Shown piece after piece: positions 38,801-51,779 of a DNA stretch of 64,000 bases. A program made the position numbers and the translations under genes. Positions within the stretch are counted from its first letter, which is position 1, and every line of letters starts with the position of its first letter. Origin of the DNA: Cycas panzhihuaensis (Eukaryota > Plantae > Cycadophyta); contig CM041465.1 in assembly GCA_023213395.1 (NCBI GenBank), positions 219,363,741 to 219,427,740 of the forward strand, given 5' to 3'. Below the pieces are notes generated by a model that searched no databases, was not told where the DNA came from, and saw only the letters and a list, made by a program, of their open reading frames with translations.

Positions 38801-39940
38801 ATCTAATAGTACCAACATAGGTGTTATTATTACCTTTTACTTCATTAGTCTTAAGCTCTACTCCACTACCTTATTCCAAACAAACTCCTTTCCCTTAGTG
38901 CAATCTATCAAGGGAGTAATGATACAACTAAATTTTCTAATAAACTTCCTATAAAATATAGTTAGACCATGGAAGTTCCTCACCTTAGTTACATTCCTAA
39001 GTATAGATCATTTAATAATGACTTAAATTTTCTCATCATCTATTCGTAACCCATCTTAAGATATTACAAATCTCAAAAATATTAGGCTACTCTTCATGAA
39101 CTTATATTTCTTTAAGTTCACATATTGTTTCTCTACTCTCAACATATCTAACATCATTATTACGCATAATAGGTGTTCTTCCTTAGCTCTATTGTATATA
39201 AAAATACTATTAAATAGATAACTATAAACTTACTAATATATAGTTATAAGATGGTGTTCATTAACCTTATAAATATACTAAGGGTATTTAACATCCCAAA
39301 TGATATGACTAGCCATTTATGTAACCCATCTCTTATTTTGAAGGTTGTCTTCCATTCATCTCTTTCCCTAATTTGAATCTAGTAATAACTATTTCTCAAG
39401 TTGATTTTGGCAAAATAAAATGCACCTATAAAATATCTAACATATCATCCATTTAAGGGATTAAAAACCTCTATCTTATTATAATTTTATCGATTAACCT
39501 ATAATCAACTCATGACCTCTAAGAGCCATCCTTCTTTAGAGTCAAGAATGTAGGAGTTACAGATGGACTAATACTTTCTCTTATCATCCCTTTTTTTATT
39601 AATTCACTAACCTATTGGTTTATTTCTTAATTCTCATTAGGGCTAAATTTGTACATAGTTTTTTTTTGTATATAAGGTTTAAATTAATGGGGATTTTGTA
39701 GGGGACCCCAACCCCTTTTATCATCTGCCAATCAAGCCTCAAGAAACTATCGTGACAAGCCCATGACCTAGCTAAATCCTACCTCTAATCCCACCTACAT
39801 ACCCTCCCATGCCATCGACAAGCCTGATGGTTGATTATAATCTACCACAACATACCCAGAGGCTAGCAAACCTACATGGTATTAAAATCCTATGTATCCT
39901 TCCTACCCAGAGCCAGAATCCCCTCAAGGATTATATCCTT

Positions 39941-42900
39941 CTAAAGCTCATACCTTTTGGCCTGAACTCCCCAATTGGCCAACTTATCTATGACCATATT
40001 ACCTTCTTTGTAGGTGTGGATCATCTGGATGTTAGCTCTTCTCATGAGGATCTCCTTGGCATTGTTTATTTGAGTTCTGTATCTCCAATCTAGGTCAGCC
40101 TCCCCCCTAATTAACTTTATTATATTCAATGAATCCTTTTTAATTGTGACCCTCCTACAAAATCATATCCACCACTTTGCACATAGCTTCTAACTTAGCT
40201 TGATGATTGGTTTGAGAGCCATAGTAGTCCACAAAAGCCCATATCACCCTCCCATCTGCATTCCTACACCCCCTTGCACCCCCCCCCCCCCACTTCTCTA
40301 GGGTTTCCTTTCATGCCTCCATTAAAGTCGACTTTCACCCAACCAGTAGGTGGGGGATCCATTTACACTTCTTAATTGGTTTCGATTTAACCTTAACACT
40401 TATCCCTCATTTTTCCATAATCGTTCTTTCCTCAGTAATGATTAGATTTTCCTCTTCCTCCTTCAAGATCTCTTTCAAAGCCCCCAAAATTATCCCAAAA
40501 AGCTTAGGGTCATCCATGTGTTTATCTTAAAATTTTCTTCTATTTCTTTCTTTCTAGAGATTCCCCATCATCACTAGAACAAATGTGGACCAAATAGACT
40601 TTAGAACTCTACTTCTAAAAGGGCAAGTCCAAGAGGAAGTTAGATCCTACACTGCATATAGAAGGACCTAATCCACCCCAAGGATGTTCCACAACAACTT
40701 GCATAGCTCCCTGCAGTATGGGCAATGAAGCATAATATGATCAAGGGTCTCCTCCTCCTCCCTACACAGAATGCATCTGGTCGCCATAACAAAACCTCTT
40801 TTCCTTAGGTTGTCAGTTGTTAAGATTTTATTTTTTAGACATAGCCACCAAAAGATAGCTACCTTGGGGATTAATCCCAAGTTCTAAACTCCACTAAGAA
40901 CTTTATTATCGTTGAGGCCTCTATAAAAAAGTAATGACAAATAACCTGTCTTCATCGAGTAGTCCCAAGAGAGAGCCCCAAGCCATACCATCACTTCTTC
41001 CTTAGGGAATTTAAGAATATAGCTTTTTGTAATCTTAGATCTCAAGGAGGCAATTTGATCCCTACCCACGAACTTATGGGGAAGGTCCTTGAAGCTTCTC
41101 CAAATCTTTACACCCCCATAAGTTACCCAATAATCTTTGACATTCCTCTCAGAGAACCTCTTGCAGATATTCTAGAGTGCTCCTAAGGAGGGTCTCTCCT
41201 TCAATGTAGGCATTACACACTAAACATCCTCCTATATTTTAATTATTTCTCCATTCCCTAGGCTCCACTCGATACCAATCGCAAGCATCTTCCTCACAAA
41301 TAAAAGACTTCTCTAGATCTTGGTACCACCCTTCCCAAAGAGATCATACATCAGGTACTTTCTATGTCTAAGATATTTCTGAGTAATAATTCTACACCAG
41401 AATTTATTCTCCCCCTTAGCAAGGCTCCAACCAAGTTTCACCACTAAAGCATTGTTGAAGTAAGAAATATCTTTCACGTTGAGACCACTTGCCTGTTTAG
41501 GGGGGCATAATTTCTCCCAAGCTACAATGTGAATCCTATCACTATCCTTTGTTCCCAACCATAAGAACCTCTTCTTGATGGATTCAAGGACACTGATGAT
41601 CTTTGTTAGACATCTGAATAGAGACATTATATACAAAGGGATACTCTGAAGAGAGGCAATCAATAGTTACAGCTTCCCAGCTTGGCTCAATAGTGTCTGT
41701 TTCTTACCTGCTAGCTTCCTTTAAACATGATGAATAATGGGATTCCAGAACTCCTTCTCCAATTTACCCATAAAGAGGGGTAAACCCAGGTACAAAGAGG
41801 GAAGCCTCCTAATAGCCATTCCCATAATCCTACTAATAACACCCTGGGTTCTTGCAAAAGTATTCAAGAAGAAAATACTACTCTTATTGAGGTTGATCTT
41901 CTAATTAGTAGCATCCTAAAACCTGACTAGCTCTTTTTTTATCGCTCTGGCCTTTACGATTACAGCCTTATCAAATAGAATATTATCATCCACAAAATGG
42001 TGGTGGACCACATTATCCACTCCCAATGTAGGTTTTAGACCTTTTAACTTACCTATCTCTCTTGCTTCCTCCAGGGCCCTCGCTAGTATTTCAGCCATAA
42101 TGATAAAGAGATGAGGAGCTAAAGGATCTCCTTGATGCAAGCCTCTAAACCCTGAGAAGAAAGTTGTTGACATTTCATTGACCAACACTGAGAACTTCAG
42201 ATTCACAATGCAACTTTTTATCCAATTCCCCATACGTTCGCTAACCCTAAAGGCTCTTATACATTCCATTAAACAATCCTAGGAGACATTATCATAAGCC
42301 TTGGATAGGTCAATTTTTACAATCATGCTAGGTTCCTTCTTCTAAAACGTCGAGTCAACTGTTTCATAGACCATGATTATTCTATCCAAAATTTCCCTCC
42401 CTTTAATAAATCCATATTGATTAGGAGTTATTATCAAAGGGAGAATTCTTTTTAACCTATTGGCTAAAATTTTTACCAAGATCTTATATTTCACATTACA
42501 AAGACTTATCTGTCTAAAATCTTTCATCTTTTTGGCATCTCCTTTCTTTGGAATCAAAGCTAGAAAGGTTGCTTGTCATTCCCCATAAATCATGATGTTT
42601 GTATAGAAACATAAAACTACCTCATGGAGGTCTTCCTTGATAATGTCCCAGTATTCTTAAAAGAAACCTAGAGAAAAATCGTCTGGGCTAGGGGCTTTCT
42701 CCTTCATGTTGAACACAACATTTGTAACCTCCTCTAGAGTGAAAGGAGCTTCAAGAACTCTATTCTAGTCTTCCCCCACAATCTTAGGGATCGTATTTAA
42801 CATCTCTCTCCTAGCCTCAACATCATTGCAGCCAGGTTCATCGAATAACTCCCTAAAATAGTCCACCGCCGCCTCCTTTATACCTTTCTGATCATGTATT

Positions 42901-44069
42901 TCCTCACCTTTTTTATTGATCATCACCTTAACATGATTACAAGATCTGTGTTTCAGGGTGTTCATATAAAAAAAAATTATATTTCTATCACCTTTAGTTA
43001 GCCATAAGGCTCTAGATTTTTGTCTCAAGTGGATTTCTTCCTTTAATAGGACATCCTCCAACTTAGCTTGAAGACCTCTCTCTTCTTGATCTAAAGAGAT
43101 AAATCTTTCTGCTTCCTAAATTATTAGCTCCAGCCTCTTGAGCTCTTCCAAGATCTAGTTTTTTGTTCCAAGTATGTTTCAGAAGATACTTTTATTCCAT
43201 TCTTTCACCTAGGTCTTCACCCATTTTAGCTTTTTTTTAAATATGAGGATTGTACATCCTTCAACCAGGTAATTCCACCAATCTGCAATCAAGTCACGGA
43301 GGCTTGGGTCCTTCGTCCACATCATCTCAAATCTAAAAGGAGTTCCCATGAACTTATTTTTATCAGCAAAACTTAAAATCAGTGGGGTGTGATCTAAAAC
43401 TTATTTATGTGTCATTTCAAGAGTAATATTACTATATAGGCTAGGCCAAGCAAACTTTATTAGTACTCTATCTAGCCTGACCTGAATGTGGTGCTCCCCA
43501 AGTCTTCTATTAGACTAGGTATACTTTAGACCTCGAAGAGGGATGTCCATCACACCTCCCTTTTGCATAAACTCCCATAGGTCTTGCATACTCCTGGTCC
43601 ATTCTCCCTACCTCCCTTTCTTTTCCCTAAGTGATAGGGCCATATTCAGATCTCCAACTATCATCTAAAGGCCTCTCTAGTCCTTATGGATCTCTAGAAG
43701 TCTATCCCATAGGCATTTTCTGCCATCCTGCATAAGGGGGGTATAGACATTTGTAATCAACCATTTTAGGTTGGATCTTTTACATGTTAGCCAACTAGAG
43801 ATAAAACGCTCCTCAAACGTACAAATTTCCTCTTCCCAGCTTTTAGGGTTCCATAAGGTAACCAAGTCATTAGAGCCTCTATTCCCATCTCTTACAACCA
43901 TCCCTACTCCCCTCCATACCTTACTGAAAATAACATCCCTATTTCCCTCCTCATGTTTAGTTTCTTGTAAGAGGAGAATGTCCAACTCATATCTAGATCA
44001 TAGTTCTCTGACCATTCTATATTTAGAAGGGGCATTCATACCCCTAATATTCTAGGAAGTAAGATTCAT
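39941..44069 (-). pseudogene. LINE ORF2: APE endonuclease, RT, zf-RVT, RNase H (disrupted)
   Basis: MNLTS*NIRG at 44069; DILLLQETK; RQKSRALWLTKGDRN; FRQISLCNVKYKI; GLHQGDPLAP..FVDD; CILCREEEETLDHIMLHC; HTYKEGNMVIDKLAN. Confidence 0.92.
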
Positions 44070-44098
44070 AATACCCCCTCCTTCTCCCACTACTGGAT

Positions 44099-45400
44099 TC
44101 AACATCTTTTACTTCTTAATTTAGGACCCTGCCCATTGATATCTCTGAGAGTTCTTTGACTCCCTTAGTCTATTTGAGTTGCTGCCTCCCTTTCTCTCAG
44201 GGTTTTAGAGGATGGTCTACCTGGCCTCTTTTCACTTCCCAAATCTAGAGCTTTTATCTGGTCCAGATCTTTAGGATCCTCTTGCATACCTTTTCTGACT
44301 TTCCATACTTTTTTTACCTTTCGATCCTCGTAATGGGGAGCAGGCTCTTCCTGCATTCCTTCCCCTACCTCTGATGGGATTATATTTTCAATAGGGTCTA
44401 ACTCCCTTTCTTGGTTCTAGCCACTTTCAGAGTTAATGCCCTTCTCCCTTCCTCCAATCTTCCTTTCTTTATAGAGAGTATCCTCGTTCTCTAGATCAAG
44501 ATCTTTCCCGAGTTCTACTAGGGTTTCGTCTTCTAATTCCTTCCCAGTTTTTGCTAGGACTAAATCCTCAACCTCTTTCCTAACATCAATGTAGGTCATA
44601 TCTTCTCTTCTTTCCTTAATAGGTTCTTTAGATATAGACTCAGTTCCCTTCTCCTTCTCTTCTTCTTGGGTCTCCACTGGATCTTTCTTAGGTTCCCTAG
44701 GATAACTCTAAGAGAGGTGACCTAGATGCTTACAAACTAAGCATCTGATATTCTCTAGTTTAAATATCAAATTTTGGTCCTTACACCAGCCCTCCCCTTT
44801 AATTTTCACCTTATAAACTAAGGGTCTATCCAACCTAGTGAGGGCATAAAACCTATCATTCACTATCTTGCTTATGTTCTTTGTAGTTGATTCAATAGCC
44901 AAAAGAGGGCCTATAACTTTTACAATTCCTTTAATAACATCCAAATCCAAAGCTTGAAGTAGAAAGCCTATTAGCTAGACCCATAAGGGTGTTTATCTCA
45001 CATGGCCTTCTGTTGGATCAAAATTTAGATGGCACTTCTCTAATAATACTACCTTTCTCCCCATTATCCAGGGAGATTTTAGAAGGATGCTTATCATATC
45101 TTTTTTGATTGAAATTTTAAATAGCACATAACCTTTTAAGAGTGCTACAACCTCCACTATGCCTTTTAGTTTCCATCTTTGGTTTACCTATTTTCTAATA
45201 AGGTCCACCCCTGGCCTGGGGCCTGAGAAACATCTGACAACACTATTCTCCCAATGTTTTTCCATACGATCAGATAGCCTCTTGGGAATTGGCATTGTGA
45301 TAGAGTGCTCTATAACAATAGGGTTTATCTTAAAGGACTCGTAGGGCTCTAACTCTCCACTTCTGAGAGCATCCAGGTATGATTTCCCTACATTGGGGTT
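44099..45400 (-). pseudogene. LINE ORF1 (DUF4283 + CCHC zinc knuckle + charged tail), disrupted; start uncertain
   Basis: RCLVCKHLGH (~44720); SPWIMG..W..NFDP; G.F.G..P.VD.IRK*V..RWK; acidic/lysine-rich C-terminus. Confidence 0.8.
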
Positions 45401-47916
45401 TTGGATTTGGTTATATTCAATGGGTTTCTATTTCTGAGCCTCTGAATATAATGTTCTTTTATTTGGATCTTGAATCTAATTAAGTTCTACGTTTCCCAAC
45501 TCATTCAGGTCCATATTTTGATTAAATTCCATTATGATTACCAGAAAATCATACAAGAAGAATATCCATCAATATTTAAGGTGCAAAAAGAAAGCTCTCA
45601 CCTGATCCTGAACACTAGAACTACTTATGAATCTCCTACCAGAGTCTTACATTCTATACTGCCATGAGATCGAGTGCCCCTCTACATGGGGATCCGTCTC
45701 TCCTAGATCAATTACAACTGTGGGCCAAATTATCTCATGAAGGATGCCCTCTTGAATGAAACCTGCTTCCACCTATGAGACAAGTGGTCATCTTTGGAAA
45801 CTAAGTGATACTTCTCTGGCTAGTGAAGGATCCTCACCCCATCTCATCTTGCCTCTGAGTTGAGGATACTCCGTCACCACGAAAGCAGTCCATGCAGGGA
45901 TGAAGGATGCAGCCACAACAAACCCTAAGCAGTTTTATCCTAATCAGTCTGTCATTGTGTCGTCTGCAGCCTTTGTTGTCCCGAAAATCCTATCTACCTC
46001 TTTTGTTTTAAATTTATATATAGCTTGATTTGGTAACACAAGTCCTAGAATCAAATTAATATAATACTAAATGTCCCTCTTTGGTGGTAAACTTTTTGAC
46101 AATTCATTTGGCATTATATCACTATACTCTTATAATAATTTAGCCACTTCTTGTGGTATTGATACTACCTTCTTAATGTTTTTAACTTGATTCATCATTA
46201 AGGCCTAACAAGTCCCTATCTCTTTTACTTCCCTAAGGAATTTCTTTATGGTTAACATACACTTTGCCTGACCTTCTTTCTTCATAGGTAGTAATATAAT
46301 ATTTACATCATCCTTCTAGAAAGTATAAGTATTCTTTCCCCTATTATGCTAAGCATTCTTATCATACTCTACCATGGTCTACTCAATAGTATATGGTATG
46401 CATATATTAGGAGGATATTACACCATACCTCATCACAATATTTTTGCCTAAAGGTAAATTTTACTAAGTAGATTTTGTCTATTACCACCTCACTCCCTTT
46501 CTTTACTTAAGAAATTTTATAGGGGTTAGAATCCCTTTCATACTATAAACCTAATTTTTCTATCATTTAAATGGATACCATATTTCTATAACTTCTACTA
46601 TCAATAATAACCTTGTGAATCTTACTTTCCAAAATGTATCTTATTCAAAAGATATTATTGTGCAGTTGTGATTCATCATCATCCCTTGCTTTTCCCTTTT
46701 CCTATCCTTAACTTTATTATAGAGCGATCAAAGTTCTCCTAAGCATCAAGTTCTTCTTAATGCTTGCTACAACTTTTGTATATTATTCCTCTTCCTTAAC
46801 TTAAGCCAAACTTACTCTTGGTCATTCCATTTCATTTCTTAATTAGTTAAAATAATAAGGACATTCATGGGCCTGATGTCATTCTTCATTATATTTATAG
46901 TAGATAATAGACCTTTTAGGTATGTTAACTACTCTATCAAAGTTTCATTCTCCTCTAGGCTCCTTGGAAATATCCACCTCTATATAGGGTTAATGGTCCA
47001 TTCTTCACTATAAATAATTTTAAAGCAAGGTTTCTACCTTATTTTTCCTTAACTTTTAAAGTAAATTAGTAAGCATATCTAACATTATTAATTCTAAGCA
47101 TGTTATTCATCATGTATAGAAAATTTTAAGCCATTTATACATTTAGTAGTCATTTACTCTTTGATTTCTTCATGCTCCACCCTTATTGATAATTTATAAA
47201 ATTTATCAGTATAATCTTAGATAATCATCTCTCTTAACCTTAAATTCTAAATTTTTTTAAACAAAGTTTGTGAGCAGTCCACTAAGAGGAATTTCTCTTT
47301 GAGCTTCTTTACCATCTTACTTCAAGTTCAAATTTTATCTTTTTTATTTCTCACCCTCTCTTTCTATAAGTGATCCTACTATATCATTGCATGACCTTTT
47401 ATTTTAATGCATGCAAGTTTCAACTTCTTCTCTTTTGTCATATCCTATTCAAAAAATAATTCCATACTATTTAACTAGTTAATGAGGTCTTCAGGCTTCA
47501 AACTACCTTCATACTCTTAGACATCAAACTTTATTCTACTATTCTTTTCTTTCAAGGCTTTTAGCATCCTCTCCTTATAAGATAAGGGTTCTTATGGTCC
47601 TTCTTTCTTATGCTCCACTCTAACTTCTATTTCTATTTCTACATAGCTATCATGCCTCCTTCTACCATATCCATTTCTTAGAAGGGTCCCTTATTACCTC
47701 AAAACCACCTCTACAAGCTATTTAACCCTTTTTTAAGACTCTTATATACTTCTATTTAGTTGTGCAATCCATTTTTTGGCTATTTTACCTCTCAAATTAT
47801 TTACCTTTTTCTTATAAACACTTTCAACCTACCTGTAATAATTCTTATATAAATTTTAAAAGAAATACAAAACTTACTAATAGTTTGTTGTGAACCTCTT
47901 CTTCCTCTCCTCCCAG

Positions 47917-48272
47917 AGTTAAACCATACTTTGATACCAAATGATGGGAAGGTAATCTCTTTAGTAATACAAGCATGCAAGTAGAATAATATATCTCAAA
48001 GAAAATAAAATTAAGCTCTTATAAGAATACTTCTTTTATAGATTTCTAGGTTTCTATTCTTAAAACTCTAAAATTTAAAACTAAATATTTTTACAGTTAA
48101 ACCATACTTTGATACCAAATGATAGGATGGTGATCTCTTTAGCAATACAAGCATACAAGTAGAATAATATATCTCAAAGAAAATAAAACCAAGCTCTCAT
48201 AAAAATACTTCTTTTACATATTTCTAGTTTTCTATTCTAAAAACTCTAAAATTAAAAACTAAATATTTTTAC
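47917..48272 (-). repeat. 178-bp tandem duplication of the PBS plus LTR U5 end of the CRM element
   Basis: AGTTAAACCATACTTTGATACCAAATGAT.. starts at both 47917 and 48095. Confidence 0.9.
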
Positions 48273-51200
48273 AATATATAAGTATACAAATTTGTAGCCT
48301 TTATCTATACAAAAACCTTAATTACCATTCCCTAAAATTAGGAAATAAACTTTGAGTGAAAAAAAACCCAAATATAAAGCTTTTTATTTTTAGTAAGTTT
48401 TTCAAAGTGCTTCTAATTACATAAAAAATAACCTATTAATACCTAAACATGCCACAGGCCCCCCAAGAACTCTAATAAAGTAAAAGTAATCTTTTAACTA
48501 AGAAAAGTGATACTCATAATTTTTTATAAAATAAAATTAAAAAAAAAAAAAAAAAAAACTAAAATTTTTGGTAACTAGATGATGTATTTTAGGCCTAAAA
48601 TCAATTCATGATATTTATAAAATAGTAAAACTTCTTTGAAGCCTATGTAACTTTCAAGATGGTCATTTTAATATGCTATAGTCCACACTTTTAATCACAT
48701 GGCACTAACTTATGCCATTTTTAGTAAATAGTATTTTCTAAATGCTCTTGCATGAGATCATAATTATAAAGAATCAATTATAAAACATGAAAATAACAAG
48801 TTCTTTAATCGATTATCTCCAAGTAATAAATAACATAAGGAATCAGTTGGAAAATATTAGAGAAACCCTTGATGGTAAGAATCTTATTATAGTTGTTTTA
48901 AGATATATGTCAAAGAGATTTGATAATTTTATGATATGTTTTTTCTTATAAAAATAATAGGTAAAATCCCTTTTAATGAGTTAAGAATATTTCTCTTATA
49001 ACACAAAGAAACAATAGAAGTTGTGGTTCTACTATAATAAATTAGGGCATTTCAAAAAGAATTTTAAGAAATAACATTCTAATTAGAAGAAGAAGGAAGA
49101 CCAACAAAAATAAGAAAATAAATTACAAGCAAGACATATCTCCAAAAAATCAACTAACTTAACTCACAAAGGGAAAAAAAAAATTCTTGGCAGCTTCACA
49201 AAAAGGTTCTAATGATATGTGGTACATTGACTTAGGAGCTTCTAAGCACATGATAGGCAGGATTGACTAGTTTAGACATATGTAGCAAGAAACTAAAAAT
49301 ATAATGATATTGGGAGATAATAAAGTATTGAATGTAGAAGAGATATGAGAAATCTCATTTGTTACACATTATGGAGAGGATTACTAAGTTAAGGATGTAA
49401 TGTACATGCTATGTTTAAAGAAGAATTTAATCTTCATCAACCAAATTGAGGACAAGAAGATAAGTGTACTCTTCAAAGATGGAAAGGCCACTATTAGTGA
49501 TTGTAAGGGTAAACTTATTATAAAAGTTATAAGAGATGGTGGTTAGTATAATCTCTTAAGTAAATCTATAAATCGAAGAGATTTAATTATTGATGTATCA
49601 TACAAACTTTAGTTATTATATGAAAGAATAGGTTGTTTGAATTATCCCTATCTCTATTTAATGTATAAGTTGAATATGGTACATGGTCTTCCAAAATTTA
49701 AAATAACAAAAGGCATCTATGAACCTTACATTTTTAGGAAATAACATAAAGAAAATTTTCTAAAAGGTAAGGCTTGGATAGAAATTGAAAAGTTAAGCCT
49801 AGTCCAATCAAACATCTATGGTCTTATGTCAACTACTTCACTCAAAGGTGTAAGATATATCCTAAACTTTATTGATAATTTTTTAAAGAAGGTTTAAGTA
49901 TATCCCATAAAGGAGAAGTTCTAAGCATTCAACATCTTTAAAGAGTTCAATATAAAAGTAGAGAATGAAAGTGGTCAAAGACTAAAGATCCTCAAATCAA
50001 ATAATAGGGGAGAATACACATCCAATGCCTTTTTCTAATTTCGTAAGGACCATAAGGTCAATAAATAATTAACAACATCATATACATCATAACTAAATAG
50101 TATAACTAAGAGAATTAATAGGGTATTAGTTAAAAAAACAAAATCAATGATGATAGTAAAAAATCTCTCAAATATTTTTTGGGCTAAAGTTTTTTATACA
50201 ATAACCTACCTAACCAATAGGAGCGCTACAAAAGCTATTTGGAATATTACACCTAAAAAAGTAAGGTCAAGATAAAAGTATACTCTTAGCCATTTAGAAA
50301 TATTTGGGTGCATGATATATATACATGCTCCTAGGGAAAAATACTATAAATTTGACAATAAAAGTTCCAAGTACATCCTTGTAGGACATAGTGAAGAACA
50401 TAAAATATACTAGGTATAAAAGTAAGTAACTAAGAAGGTACACATAACTCAATATGTTATCTTTAAAGAAATTAATAAGTAAGTTATAAATTAGGACCTA
50501 AACCTAGACACTTTGAAAATCTTATGAGACAAAGGAAAATAGATTAAGGGCTAGAATAATTAGTTTATAAATGTTTAAGGCTAGATCAAAGATAATGATA
50601 AATACTAAGGGGTCCAAAGACCCTTCAGTTTAGCAAGTGAAATTCTCTTTAAATGATCTAGTTATTATTGTTATAACACCAATGATATTTGGTTCAAAAC
50701 CTATAGGTAGGAAAGTGTTACCAATAAAAAGGTACCCTTTAAAAATTTTAATTAAGAAAATTTAATAGACTCATAATTTTTACTTAGTGATGATCTTCAT
50801 AGCACAAAGATAATATGAGTAAAAGCACAAAGGAATATAGTTGTTTTTTGATGAAAATTTAGTCAAATGAGTTCACTTGTTTTCTAATTTTGAATGGAAA
50901 TAAATGTTATTATATATCAAGTATAAACTTAAAAACGGAACTTTTAGAAAGAGTAGAAGTCTATGCCTTAGAAATTTTTATGAGTTTATAGATCATACCC
51001 CACATGTCATAGTTCACAAGTTAAAAGTTGAAGTGAAGCATAATAAAGTATGAGATCTAGGCTATAAAAAAAGGTAGCATAACTAAGATATTTAAATCAT
51101 TAGGGTAGGATAGTCAAGAACATCATCATTATTCATTATGAAGGGCCTTAAAAGAGGTAAGATGAATTGATGAGTAAGTCCCAACCATTAAATCAAATTG

Positions 51201-51779
51201 TTCATTTTAATATTACCCATCAAAATAGGAAAGAGAAAAGTCTTTCAAGTTGATACCTAGAAATTTTGGGGAAAGATTTTGCACACCCTACATCCTATAA
51301 GGGAAACTTTAGAAATGATGTAAGGGTTGCTCAAGATATAGGTGCAACTCTTAGTAAAATAAACATTGTTGTATCTCGCATCCCATAACTAGATGAATGA
51401 AGCATCAAGTTTCAATGTAAGTATATAGCTGTGGGTATAGATCCACCTTAGAAAAGCAGATTTTCATTAATTCCTCTACCTAACCTATTAATTTTCCCAC
51501 TGAGCCTTCTTATGTATGAATTTAATTAGTTTGCCTCCCTCTTATTTTCCCTTTATTATCTGAGTTGACATGTTCATGGTCTCATTATTGCACACATTCA
51601 TCCTTTGTAATTTTTTTAGTTTTAGAAGTTAAGAATTTTTGTTTGCACTCAAGTAACTTTGAGGAGAGTACTTAGTGAAATAAGTATTCTTTCCCTATGC
51701 ATTATTCCCTATATTTAAAGACTACATTCTACTCTTGCTTTCTCATTCTTTCTCATATCACAACTTAGTGTTTATAAAG

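Larger units (their letters stand above)
39659..46008 (-). mobile_element. Full-length (~6.35 kb) L1-clade LINE with RNase H, inserted at the start of the CRM RT region
   Basis: Poly(A) tail (T-run 39659-39668). 15-bp TSD TAAATTTGTACATAG (39644-39658) / TAAATTTATATATAG (46009-46023). ORF1 and ORF2 remnants present. Confidence 0.93.
36282..48755 (-). mobile_element. CRM-lineage Ty3/gypsy chromovirus (heavily decayed), containing a LINE insertion
   Basis: TSD GATCA (36277-36281 and 48756-48760). LTRs at 36282-36910 and 48120-48755 with TGAT..ATCA-type ends. PBS-Met. INT tail MVHLRKGIFSQGTYNKLKYKKPGPCRI...NAFEVNLP (37144-37368) is CRM-type. Gag EYEGSLKPED..LACIKIKGHA (~47400-47520). Confidence 0.88.
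36000..50740 (+). mobile_element. Decayed Ty1/copia (gag-PR-INT) split by the CRM insertion; no RT/RH found
   Basis: Gag GVENYSTLK...LINISINDS..TPKDT*DVI..KNDARI ends at 36281 and resumes at 48756 (IIIIKNQL...). Protease WYIDLGASKHM (~49219); INT LKILKSNNRGEYTS (~49980); FGC..YIH..REK..KFDNKS (~50300). Confidence 0.88.
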
